A DNA stretch of 64,000 bases from Vitrella brassicaformis CCMP3155 (lineage: Eukaryota; Protista; Chromerida): positions 186,001-250,000 of the forward strand of contig CDMY01000366.1 in NCBI GenBank assembly GCA_001179505.1, in the 5' to 3' direction. A program made the translations under genes and the position numbers. The notes beneath the pieces are model-generated. The model worked only from the letters and a program-made list of their open reading frames with translations, did not search any database and was not told where the DNA came from. Positions within the stretch are counted from its first letter, which is position 1; every line of letters starts with the position of its first letter. This document shows positions 1-11,210 of this stretch, piece by piece.

Positions 1-1
1 C

Positions 2-2725
2 TATGACACCCAGCGAAAGGCATGCTTCCTCAAGCGCCTCCAGGAGCCGCGCGTTGAGGCTGCCGGCCTCGTCTCGGGCACCAAGGCCTGCGTCAAGACC
101 CACACCGCCGCAGTGCAGGAGGCCGACCTGCCCACGGGTGTCAAGCACAGGGGCGCGCTCTCAGGTGCGCTGGCGAGGCTGGCAGAGGCGGTGGCCTTTG
201 AGGAGGAGGGAGCGGTGCGGCCGGAGGGCAGCAAGCCGTACCCCTTCTGGGGCAAGGGCCACGTGAGCCGGGAGGACAGGCTGTCTTTGGAGCAGCGGCT
301 GATGGCCACCCGCGGCCCCCACCACGTCAGGGACAGGCACGTCCTGGTGGAGGTGGTGCCCTCGGCCCCACCATCTGAGGGCGAGGAGGGCGGCGGACAG
401 ATGGAGGAGCTCAAACAGGTGTTGTTGGACAAGGGGCTCAAGAATGCCACCGTCGCGCGCAGGCTGCTCACCGGGTGGCTGCCTCTCGAAGCCCTCAAGG
501 AGGTCGACTCACTCAAAACGGTCAATTCGGTCCGCCCGGCGCTCTACCGCACCAACAGAGGCCTCGTCAGCGCCCAGGGGCGCAAGTCGATGCGGGCCGA
601 TATGCTGACCAAGCGGCTGAATGTCACGGGCAAGAATGTCAAGGTCGGTGTGGTGTCCGACACGTACGACAACTTCTGCTGCGGCGAGCATCTCACCAAC
701 GCGCAGCAGGACATTGAGAACGACGATCTGCCGGCTGACGTGGACATTCTGATGGAGGGGGGGTATTCTCTTGCTGGCGGGAGCGACGAGGGCCGTGCGA
801 TGCTGCAGCTCATCTACGATATCGCCTCCGACGCCAAGCTGGGCTTCCACACGGCCGACGGAGGCACCGCTGTGTTTGCACAGGGCATCAGAGGTCGGTG
901 AGAAAGAGATAGACGGACGAGGAGTGTCCCAAAACAAGCAGGGCTCACCTGTCCTGTGGTGGTGCTTCTCTTGTTTTGTCTTTTCTTCCAGCGCTTGCCG
1001 AGTGGGGAGCCGACGTCATTGTCGATGTAAGTAACCAACGAACGCATCACCAACACAAAATGCCTCCACCCACCCACCCACGCCCTTGCATCATTCTGAC
1101 CGCTCCCGTCTTGTGTGTGTGTGTGTGTGTCAGGACATAGTCTATTTCACCGAGTCGTTCTTCCAGGACGGCGAGGTGGCGCAGGCGGCGACAGAAGTGT
1201 ACAAGCAGGGCGTGGCCTACTTCTCGGCTGCCGGCAACATGGCCGACGAGTCGTACGAGAGCGTCTTCAGGGACAGCGGCGAGGAGGGCCAGCTCGGAGT
1301 CCTCCACGACTTCGATCCAAGCGACGGCGTCACCGTTTATCAGCCCATCAAAGTGCCGGTGCGTGAGTGAGTGAGTGAGGCAATGCATGAGCGGGACGAC
1401 CTGCATCGCATCTTTCGCTGTGTATGCTATGCGTGTGCGTGTGGTTGGTGCACTCGCTGCGCGTAGGTCGGTGAGTCGTGGATGGCGATTCTCAACTGGG
1501 ACCAGGCGTGGTTCTCCGTCAGCGGGGGTGAGGGCAGTGCGAGCGATCTCGACATGATTGTCTACGACGCCAAGAAGACGCCTGTCTACTACCTGCTCGC
1601 AGGAGGTGCATTGCCCTGCAAACCAAACACGCCCACCTCACGCATTGCGGATGTTCCATGAATGTGTCCGTCTGTCTGTCTGTCTGTCTGTGGGCGGGGT
1701 GTGTTGTGTGCGCCAGGCGGCGATCCCAACATCGGTAGAGACGCATTGGAGGTCACTGCTTTCTTCAATGACGTAGGAAGCACCAACTGCAGGCACCGCA
1801 CCCACACACCCACGCCATTCACCTTTAATGTGTGTGTGCGTATGTGGATGCGTGTGTGTGTGTCGTGTGTTAGGGTACGATTGACGTGGACGGCAAGCCC
1901 GGTCCCGACACAGACTTCTTTCTGGCCATCGAGCTGCACCAGGGGCCGGCCCCCGGGCTGATGAAGTACATCATGATGGAGGGCGAGGCGCCCAAGGAGC
2001 ACTTCACCTTCTCGTCCACCATATTCGGACACTGCAACGCAGAAGGAGCCATCGCTGTGGGCGCGGCCGAATACAGCCAGGTGGGCTGCGGTGCGGTGCG
2101 GTGCGGTGGGGAGGTGGGATGCCTCGACGTGTCTTGGTTTGGTTTGTTGTGGTGTGTGTGTGTGCAGACGTCGCCATTCAATGTCACCCCAGCAGTGATT
2201 GAGCCTCACTCGTCCGTCGGGCCCACCAACATCCTTTTCTCGCCTAATGGCGATCGGATCCTCGATAAGCGGATGAAGCCTGAGGTAACATTTGCTGCTG
2301 CCTGCCTACCTGGGTGTGTGGTGTGATGGGACGTGGTGTGGTGTGGTCTCTCAGCTTGTTGGTCCCGACGGTGTCGACACGACTTTCTTCATCCCAGACA
2401 GAGACGAGGACAACACGGGATTCCCCAACTTCTACGGTAATCAATTAATCAACTCACACGGCCACACACACATACACACACACCTACACCCATGTGTGTG
2501 TTTGACGTGACGCTGCAGGCACGTCAGCGGCGGCTCCCCAGGTGGCGGCTGTGGCGGCCCTGCTGCTGGAATTGGAGCCTGGCCTGACGGTGGATGAGCT
2601 GTACGCCGCCCTCACGGAGAGCGCCCAGGACATGGACAACACCGCCACCGCCAAATTCGATGTCGGCTTTGACACACGAACAGGTACACAATCCGATCCA
2701 TCCATTCTCAGCCGACAGACACCCC

Positions 2726-2757
<32 letters not shown>

Positions 2758-3065
2758 GCCATGGCTTCATCGATGCGGAGAAGGCTGCCGACCTGGCCAA
2801 GCAGCTGATGTCGGAACGTCGTGGGGATGGCGGCTACGATGCCGTGAGCATGCAGGCAGGTGCAGGTGCAGAGGTGGCCACGCCCCCTCCTGGAGCGGCA
2901 GCCGATGTGGCAGCGGGCGATGCGTCTGGTGAGGAGCCGTCGGAGGAGCTGCTGAATGAGGTGCTGGAGGAGAAGAAGAGAGTCGACGAAAGCGTCAACA
3001 GAGAGAACAAACAGGACGACCAGAAGAGGCGGCGGCTGATGAAGAAGGCGGGCAGCCACATATAG
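2..3065 (+). CDS. PAN/Apple-domain + S8 subtilisin-like serine protease, multi-exon, 5'-partial
   Basis: Frame open from base 2: YDTQRKACFLK...GLVSGTKAC (PAN/Apple C-terminal pattern), then VGVVSD (Asp), SDEGRAM (His position = Glu), FSAAGN (oxyanion Asn) and FYG|TSAAAP (Ser codon 2524-2526). Phase-consistent GT-AG introns, e.g. 894-991 and 1027-1133. Stop TAG at 3063-3065. Confidence 0.85.
2727..2754 (+). repeat. (TG)14 intronic microsatellite directly before a CAG acceptor (representative of dozens in the window)
   Basis: Read directly: tgtg...tgtg followed by cag at 2755-2757, then the exon resumes as HGFIDAEKAA. Confidence 0.95.
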
Positions 3066-3103
3066 GTGTAGGTGTGGGTTTGGGCGGGGGGGGGGGGGGG
3101 GGG

Positions 3104-3403
3104 NNNNNNNNNNNNNNNNNNNNNNNNNNNNNNNNNNNNNNNNNNNNNNNNNNNNNNNNNNNNNNNNNNNNNNNNNNNNNNNNNNNNNNNNNNNNNNNNN
3201 NNNNNNNNNNNNNNNNNNNNNNNNNNNNNNNNNNNNNNNNNNNNNNNNNNNNNNNNNNNNNNNNNNNNNNNNNNNNNNNNNNNNNNNNNNNNNNNNNNNN
3301 NNNNNNNNNNNNNNNNNNNNNNNNNNNNNNNNNNNNNNNNNNNNNNNNNNNNNNNNNNNNNNNNNNNNNNNNNNNNNNNNNNNNNNNNNNNNNNNNNNNN
3401 NNN
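3104..3403. other. Assembly gap (300 N) flanked by poly-G runs
   Basis: Run of n characters with G homopolymers on both sides. Confidence 0.99.
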
Positions 3404-4348
3404 GGGGGGGGGGGGGGGGCTCGCTGGCTGATGTGTGATGGGTCTCTTCTCTCTCTTGTCTCGATAAATAAGAAGAATGTCAATAAGATAGATAGATTGG
3501 AAGAGGGTGTGGTGTGTGTATACGTAATGAGTGAAGGGCCCGGAAGTACCAGCTAAAGAAGCTGGAAGGGCGATGCAGCACTAACAACACTCCTGCCTGG
3601 CTGGCTGCCAGACCGGCAGCCAGGCAGGCAGGCAGGCAGTATACTAGTCACTCAGTATAGGGTGCTGCGTACATACCTTCCAGACGTCCATATGATATCT
3701 ATGTTTCTGCCTGCTGTTCATTCATTCGTGTCGTGTGTGTCCCTGGCCGGCGCGAATTCATACACACACACACATCCATGCCATGCCCCATGTGTGTGCA
3801 GTCTGTGTCGTGATGATGTGATAGCAATGGGATGTTTACTGCTCGCTCGGTATGGGCGGGTGTGGGGCGGTTGGCAGGCGTACTTCTGCTGCGTCTGCGT
3901 GTGTGTGTGTGAATGAGTTGATCATCCCTTGACTGATCGATTGTTTGGAGAAGCAGCTCCCCACCCCACCCCCCACCCCCCCCGCCCCCCCGTGGCGAGC
4001 AACCACCCGGATCGGTCATTCCATGTATGTATCCCTTCCCCTGCTGCGTTGCATGCAGACGCGTGTCTGTCGTCCGTCCCTTTTGTACGTCCATACACAT
4101 GACATATATGTGTGTGTGTCTGTCTGTGTCCATGGACTTGCTTTAAAGTATCAGATGCAATCATTGCATCCCTTCTCCCTCCCTGAGCAGCACAGCAACC
4201 ACAAGATCGACATGGAAATGAAGGAGACTGACTGGACTGGCCCAACCAGACAAACAAACAAACCCCCCACACCACACCACCCCTCCCCGGCCTGTGGGAG
4301 CAGAGCAAAGCCGCCACTCAACGCCCCCACACCCATCACACCCATCCA

Positions 4349-7300
4349 TCATCCCTTGTGCGCGCCCTTTTCGTATTTCCACGGCACGCGAACCTGCGAC
4401 CGGCTGATCGAAAGGTCCTGCAGAAACACCGACAAATCCTTCACCTCACTCTCGCCGTGGACAGCAGCCGCTGCAGCCGCTGCAGCTGGGGTGACGGTCT
4501 CGCTTTCGCACTCCTCCTCTCCCTCTCCCTCTCCCTCGCCCTCTTCCTCGATGGGCGCGGGCTGGTCAGGTGCTGGGGTAGCTTGTGTAGTATGCGGTTG
4601 TTTGGTGCTTTTGCTGAGGGCGTAGATGCTCTGCAGGTTGAAGGACAGCTGCTTGCGCTCCGACTCGGTGACGTTGCTCCACAGCTGCTCAAACAGGGTG
4701 ATCAAGGCCTTGATTCATGCGACAGAGACCATGGACCCACACCACACAAGAGACAAGAGAGAGTGTCCTTGACTGACTGACGGATGGATGGAGATGTATG
4801 TATGTGCATGTGTGTGGGTACGTTTGTACGTTTTTGGATTCCTGCTCGTTGATCAGCTGCGTCTCGACGTCTCTGTATCTGATGCGCAGCTCATACAGCT
4901 CGGGGAGCACCTCGTCCTCCTGCTGCAGCGCCTGGTACTTGTTGTCGAGCTCCTCGATCTCCTTGAGCAGCCCCTCACGCCCCTGACGCAGCGACTCCAC
5001 CTGACGGGCGGCCTCGTCCAGCTTGCCCTCCACGTCGCGCTTCTCTTTCTCCAGCCGAGACACGTGCGCGTTCATCTCTCTGTTGAAGGAAGGAAACAGG
5101 TGCGTGCGAACAGAGTCCAGGGGGCATTGTGTCTGTGTTGTGTGCTGTGAGTGTGGCGCTGGCTGACCGTATCTTGGAATTGGATGCAGTAAGGCCTGCA
5201 AGGCATCATTTACACACACAACACAAGGGCTGCAGTGCACCCATCACGTCTCTGTCTCCTTGTGGGTCTATATATACGTTGGTTGGCCTCCTCAGCGAAC
5301 TCCTGTGCCCACTCGACTCTTCTCTCGGACTCCTTGTGTGCGCCCTCCAGCTCGCTCTCCAGCTTAGACACGTGCTCCTTCAAGCGGCCGAGCGCCTCCT
5401 CCTTCTCTGCCAAAGACGCCTGATTGGTTCATGCCATGCAGCACGAGATCCATCCAATCCATTTGTGCAGTGGACATCTGTGTGCGTGTGAAGCGCACTT
5501 TGGCGTCTTTGAGGTCTTGTTCGGCGGTTGGGGATACGGTGCCTTTCTGGTCGAGGGCTGTGAGTCGGTCCTGCAGCTGGGTGATGAGCGCCTGCTGCTC
5601 GTGGTGCTTCCGCTGCACTCCACTCACACAGACAGACAGTCACCGCACCGTTCTCTGGATGCGTGTGTGTTTTTTGTTTTGCAGCCACACCCAATGTGGG
5701 TGCGCCGTGCCCCTGACTGACCTCTTCGTCAGCGAGTACGGCGGCGACTCTTTGTTTGTGTGTGGCCTCGAACGTCTCGATGGTCTCCTGCTGCGTCTTG
5801 CACGTGGCATCCAACGCTCTGACGCCATAAAATGATACATCACAACACAACACAACACAATATAACAGTGCAGGCGGCACCGTGCCGCCCACCTCATCTC
5901 ACCTCACTCACCTTGAGTACTGTTTGAGTGCCTGTATCTTGCCCTTCTTGGCGGTGATCGACCGCCGCAGCTCATCGACATACGCCCTGTCGCCCACGTC
6001 ACCACCACCAAAATCTGCAAAGCGAAACAAGCATTCATTGGGTGGCATTTGTCCCTGTGCTTGGCTTGCTGTCTGTCTGGTTGTGAGTGAGTGAGTGAGT
6101 GAGTTGCCTGGTGATGCTGTCACTGGCGACGAGGCGGTGCCCAGCGTGGTGTCCAGCAAATCCTCGCCGGCCAGCGCCCACTGCAGCGTCTCGTGCAGAC
6201 CCTATCATTCATAAGCACACAACATCCGCCGTCTGCTGTTTGTGTGTCCCTTTGTTAGTTACTGTGTCCGTCGATCTGACCTTGCAGAGGTAGAGGTGCT
6301 GTGTGTGGGAGTACAGCAGCGGCGCGTACCTGCGGGCCTTGATGGCCTCCTGAAGGAAGAACACACACACACACACACACAGCCGATTGATTAAATTCTT
6401 GTGTCTGGTCTGCCTGTGTCCCGCTGCAGCAATGAATGGCTCACGTCACGTACGTGTGGGTGTTCGTCGAGTGGGTATATGTTGTTGTTGGCCCAGTCGA
6501 TGACCGGCGTGATGCTCACACACACCATCCTCTCCTTGGCCGAGCCACCCTCAGAAAAATCAAGACTCGACAAAACTACACACACGCCCACATGACGTAT
6601 TCCCTGTCCTGTGTGTGTGTGTGTGTACACGTTTGTTTGATAGCGTGTTCCTCCGCTCCCGAGAGTCCGTTCTGCATGCCCATGCGTGACGGCAGTGGCG
6701 GGTGGGACACATCGCCGCCCGCCACGCCATATGCTGATGATGATGAAGACGAGGAGGCGCCCGCCGACGGGATGCCCGCCAGACGCAGCCTGGCAAACAA
6801 CCATATCAGCGACCGCGTTTGTGTGTGTCTCTCGTGTGGCAGTCGGTATTCCTTGCAGATTCCACTTGCCATGTGTGGTAGAGCTGGTAGCCAATGTCCT
6901 CGGTGAAGGCCCACACCGGAATCACCACCGAACCTGACCCACCACCAGGACACACACACAGAGACAGGGAGAGAGAGAGACACACACACTGGACGAGCAG
7001 GCCTTCCGTCGCGTGCACCTCTGTTGATGACAATTCTGGGCATGTATATGGACTGCGGTGAGCTCTCGTAGATGCGCCGCTCCTCCTCGCCCGACGAATC
7101 CTCATAGCTGAATACCTCCAAGGTCAACATAGAACTCTTGGCCAGATACACTTCACCTGCACACAAAACAGCCGAATTAACTAACTATCCACCAAATGGT
7201 GCTCAACAGCCATGGCAGGATCTGCCTCTCTCGGGGTCTCTTCCCTTCTCTGACTGACCGGGCAGCTTCCGAGCCAGAATGACGCGTGTCGAAGTCTGGG

Positions 7301-7559
7301 CGCTTGCCATCGCTGCTGCTGGCGCTCCCTCTTTCTGCTGCCTCACACCCATCGTCAGCACGCCAAGCCTACACACAGATAGACAAGCCAGCAGACAGAG
7401 GGCGGGTGAGATTAATGGCCCCCTCCTGCAGCAGATCTCTACAGACCATTTCTCGTTGGGCTTCAGATGCACATTTCGCACGTCATGAAGGGCAACGGCG
7501 CAGCGGAGAGTGTCACCCAGCAGAGGGTCGTGGGCCACGCTGGACGCGAATGCACCCAT
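4349..7559 (-). CDS. Multi-exon protein: MGxxxS N-terminus, beta-rich (possibly C2-like) region and long C-terminal coiled coil
   Basis: Start MGAFASSVAHDPLLGDTLRCAVALHDVRNV. E/K/Q-rich exons (EKEKRDVEGKLDEAARQVESL, EKEEALGRLKEHVSKLESEL). Last junction SKN|ALITLFEQ is phase 0. Stop at 4349-4351. Not all internal exons were phase-checked. Confidence 0.65.
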
Positions 7560-7710
7560 CGTTGGCGGTGTGAGGATGCCGTCTCAGGCCCCCACTTGCC
7601 CCCATAGCTCGCAATGTGTTTCGCAGGGAGATCTGTTGCTCGCCTTTTTGCTGTCGATCTGGAGCCTACGCCATGCACATCTCAGATCTTGGTTCATAGC
7701 TACGCTGGGG

Positions 7711-9800
7711 ATGAGTCGAGTGGCTGCACCATGCTTATCCTGTTCCCTATTGGGAAGCATCGCACCGACTGCTCTGCTGCTGCTCGCTGCCCGTGTGGAC
7801 GCCTTCATCCGCGGATCTGTCCAGGCGTTTGCTGTCGAACGGCCCCTCTTTCCCCTGCCGTCTGCACACAGACGGCAACCAGTCACTGCGCTGCACTCAG
7901 TGATGCTCCAACCAGGTGGGTACGCAGCCAAGGGCAAGCAATTAATGGTGCGTGCGAATGAATGTTGGTCTGTCTGTCTGCATGCTTCTGGTTGGTGTCA
8001 ACAGGTCGACTAAACATGGACGCCTTCTTCGCCAAGGATCTGCCGGGCAATGACGAGCCGGACATTCCGTACGAGCCGGACCCTGAGGACTATGACCCGC
8101 TGACCGACCCACGGTACCACGAGGCCCGGCAGACTCTGAGGCAGCTCAACCAACCGGCCGGACTGATCATGCCGACGCATCCCGACACCCTCACCAACTA
8201 CACTGATGCGGAGATCGACATGATGGATGCGTATCAGGTGCAGTGTGAGCTGGCCTACCGGGCATACAGGACACGAGGGCCCAACTTCACAATCAGACAA
8301 CGGTAGGTACACCCTCACACCCTCACACGCAGGAACATCCATCCATCCATCCGTCCATCGGTGCGTGCAGGCTCAAGGACGCCATGCGCAACCCCAAGCA
8401 GCTGCGCGACCCTGTTGAGCGGCCCAAGAGTGAGCTGGAGATCCAGAGCGATGAGGTCATACGTGAGCTGCGGGAGGAGCGGCAGGCCGAGCAGGCGGCG
8501 CTCGACGACAAGAGAAAGATGGAGGGGTCTGAGGGTGTCAGTCGAGATGACGTCTTGGCGGATGAGCCTATCGAGCTGAGGCTGGCCAAGAGGATGAGGG
8601 AGGTTGACGAGAAAATCGATGAGCTGGAGAGGGTGAGTGAGGACACCGCAGGATAGGATGGCACCTGTGGATCCATTCATTCGTGCCCTCTCTATCTGTC
8701 TGTGCGGGTGTGTTGTTGTGTTCGTTCGTGTCAGCGTCGTTGGATCTGCAGCTGGCAGGACGAGTGGGACCAGATGGCTGAGGAGATGAAGATGAAGGCA
8801 CTTGCGGATGATGACAAGAACCTCACAGACATCGGATACGTCGAGGGAGGACGTACGCACCACACCGACAACCAGACAACCAGACAGACAGACAGACAGA
8901 CACGCGTGGCTCATCGGGTGGTGTGGTGTGGTGTGGCAGTGTCTGGCCGCTGGCCTGCCGACCAGTGGCCTGAGATCGAGAAGTACTACAAGATCGGCAA
9001 CCAGGGGGACATGCCCGAGGGCAGCATCACTCTCGAACACAACCCGGTAGGCGGGCCGGTATGTATGGGCACAGTAAGGAACGGGACGCACTATGGATTA
9101 CAAGTGATAATGGTGACCCTGCCGCACGTGTGTGCAGGAGCTGGCTGTCCAGCAGAAGCGCAGATTCGTCGACCGGAGCCAAGGGATGGGCACCTTCACA
9201 CTCATGGTGGGTGGGTGCCTTGGCGGGGGTGGGTGGGTCGGGTGGGGGGTGGGCTGGCGGCCGCAAGGCATCAACACGCATTCGGGCCGCTCCTTTATGG
9301 ATTGATGTGTGTACGTGTGTATGTGTGTGTGCAGGAGATCCACGAGCACTACCACGTGCCGCTGCGTTTCCTGGGTGACGTGTGCTGCAAGTGGGGGGCG
9401 CCTGCACCGGTTCCACTCGATGTGCCCGTCAAGGTAGGTGGACCAGAACACGCCATTTCCGTTGCATGGATCGATGGATGGATGGATGGGTTTCAGGAGC
9501 TGATTTCTGGCGAGTTTGTGTGGCATTTGATCGAGACGGTCCACTACTTTGACCCATTTGACCTCGATGACCTGTGCGCACCACGAGCCATGCGGACACA
9601 GACTGCATATTTGTGCGTCACTCACTGTGAATGGTGTGTGGTGTGTGGTGTGTGGTGCAGTTACATTGAGCGTGACATCATCGATTTGGGTCGGAAGTTC
9701 AAGATGCGCACCTCTGACCTGGAGAAGGTCTGCGACCAACTCGACATCAGGTGGGCCCACACGGCAAGGCAAGACGACACCATCCCATCCATCCACACAC

Positions 9801-9839
<39 letters not shown>

Positions 9840-10187
9840 GACACAGGTGCTCTCCGCTTGTCTGTGTGTCATGTCATGTGTGTCAGGTTGCCATTTGGCG
9901 TGGAGACTCAGGTCTCGAGAGATGACTACATCAAAATCTGCAAAAGGATCGGCGTCGAACTCGTAAGTGGGAAAGGAAGCCAACACACACACGGAGACTG
10001 CGGTGATGTCTCATCTGCATGTATGTGTCCATCGATGGTCTTCCTGTGTGTGTGTGTGTGTGTGTGTGTGACATGTGGTCAGCCGCCCGACCCCTCCCAA
10101 GCCCCCGACAGCCCCACGCGTTTCCTCTTTGGCAAAGACACCATCCTGCCGCCAGAGGAACTCAAGGACCTGAAAGTGGACATATAG
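7711..10187 (+). CDS. Conserved hypothetical protein with bipartite (signal + transit-like) plastid-targeting N-terminus
   Basis: MSRVAAPCLSCSLLGSIAPTALLLLAARVDA-FIRG (Phe after the predicted cleavage site). Phase-1 intron gives QPG-RLNMDAFF. Acidic middle region. C-terminal block EHYHVPLRFLGDVCCKWGAPAP...LPFGVETQV resembles uncharacterised algal proteins. Stop TAG at 10185-10187. Confidence 0.75.
9797..9832 (+). repeat. (ACACAT)6 intronic hexamer repeat
   Basis: Six exact copies read directly. Confidence 0.95.
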
Positions 10188-10407
10188 CTAGCTAGGTGCG
10201 TCTTCTGTGGTGTGGGTAAAGGAAAGGTGTTTCATTGTCTCATGAGCTCGCTTGCTCGAGGTCCATGGACCACGTGCATGGTTGTGGTGGCGCGGGGACT
10301 TAGCGGTTTGTGTAAGCTAAGCACAGCCCTGAAGCACAACCCTGTAGAAAGAAGTTAGAGAGCGTCGGCGGGGTCTGGGGGTACGGTACGTCCACACAGA
10401 CGGAAGA

Positions 10408-10448
10408 TAGGGGTTAGGGTTAGGGGCAGGGTTCGGAGTTAGGGGTAG
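10408..10448 (+). repeat. Degenerate interstitial TTAGGG-like repeat / G-quadruplex-prone tract
   Basis: TAGGGG TTAGGG TTAGGGG CAGGG TTCGGAG TTAGGGG TAG. Exact TTAGGG at 10414, 10420 and 10439. Confidence 0.75.
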
Positions 10449-10497
10449 ACACGACGGGTAGATACAGAAAAGGTCTCCACCTCGACTTCTATTCGCG

Positions 10498-11210
10498 ATG
10501 CAGTGGAATGACCGACAAGCGAAGGGACCGCGCGGAGAGAAAGCTGTAGCGTTCCTCCCCGGGACGCGGGATCTGGAAGATGTGTTCGAGGACCCTTCCA
10601 AGGAGTACTACGTGAAGCTGAATGGACAGCGGAGATACCTCGACCTTCGAGCAATCCCAATCCTTCATCACTGGCTTATTTCTTTCATACTCGCGATGGG
10701 CGAGCGGCAAGTTGAGGTACCGGGGGGAGGGCGGGCGGTGGCGTTCCTCCCCGGGACGCGGGATCTGGTCCCTGTCTTCGAGAGCCTTTTCCTTCCAATG
10801 CGGTACTACGTGAAGGAGAATGGAGAGCGGAGATACTTCGAGCTTCTGCCGCCCGGAGTACGCCCGAGGAATGAGCACCGCGTCAGGTGAGATGCGCACC
10901 ACTGTTCTCATTCGTTCTCACGTGTGTGTGTGGTTGTGTGTGTGTGCGTGTGCGCGTCAGGTACGACGCGGCACCGACAGCGCAGCCCGCTGCCCAGCCA
11001 GTGGAGCGATGGTATCTGGAGCAGTTCTTTCTGGATCTCTTCCAGCCCTACCTTGACCAGAAGAAGAGAGCAGCATATGAGTCCGGTTCCTGGAGATATC
11101 TCCCTTGGGTCTTTCTGAACTTCCTTCTGACGCTGCTGGTAGTGGGAGTTTTGGGTGTTGAAATCGGTCTCGAAAGAGGTGGACTACGTCTGGCGTTGGT
11201 CGTGGTTTGA
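10498..11210 (+). CDS. Hypothetical protein with two internal ~64-aa repeats and a C-terminal transmembrane segment (2 exons)
   Basis: AVAFLPGTRDL..FE....YYVK.NG.RRY..L occurs twice. Intron 10887-10960 joins RV-R-YDAA in phase. Hydrophobic tail YLPWVFLNFLLTLLVVGVLGV. Start codon uncertain. Confidence 0.65.
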
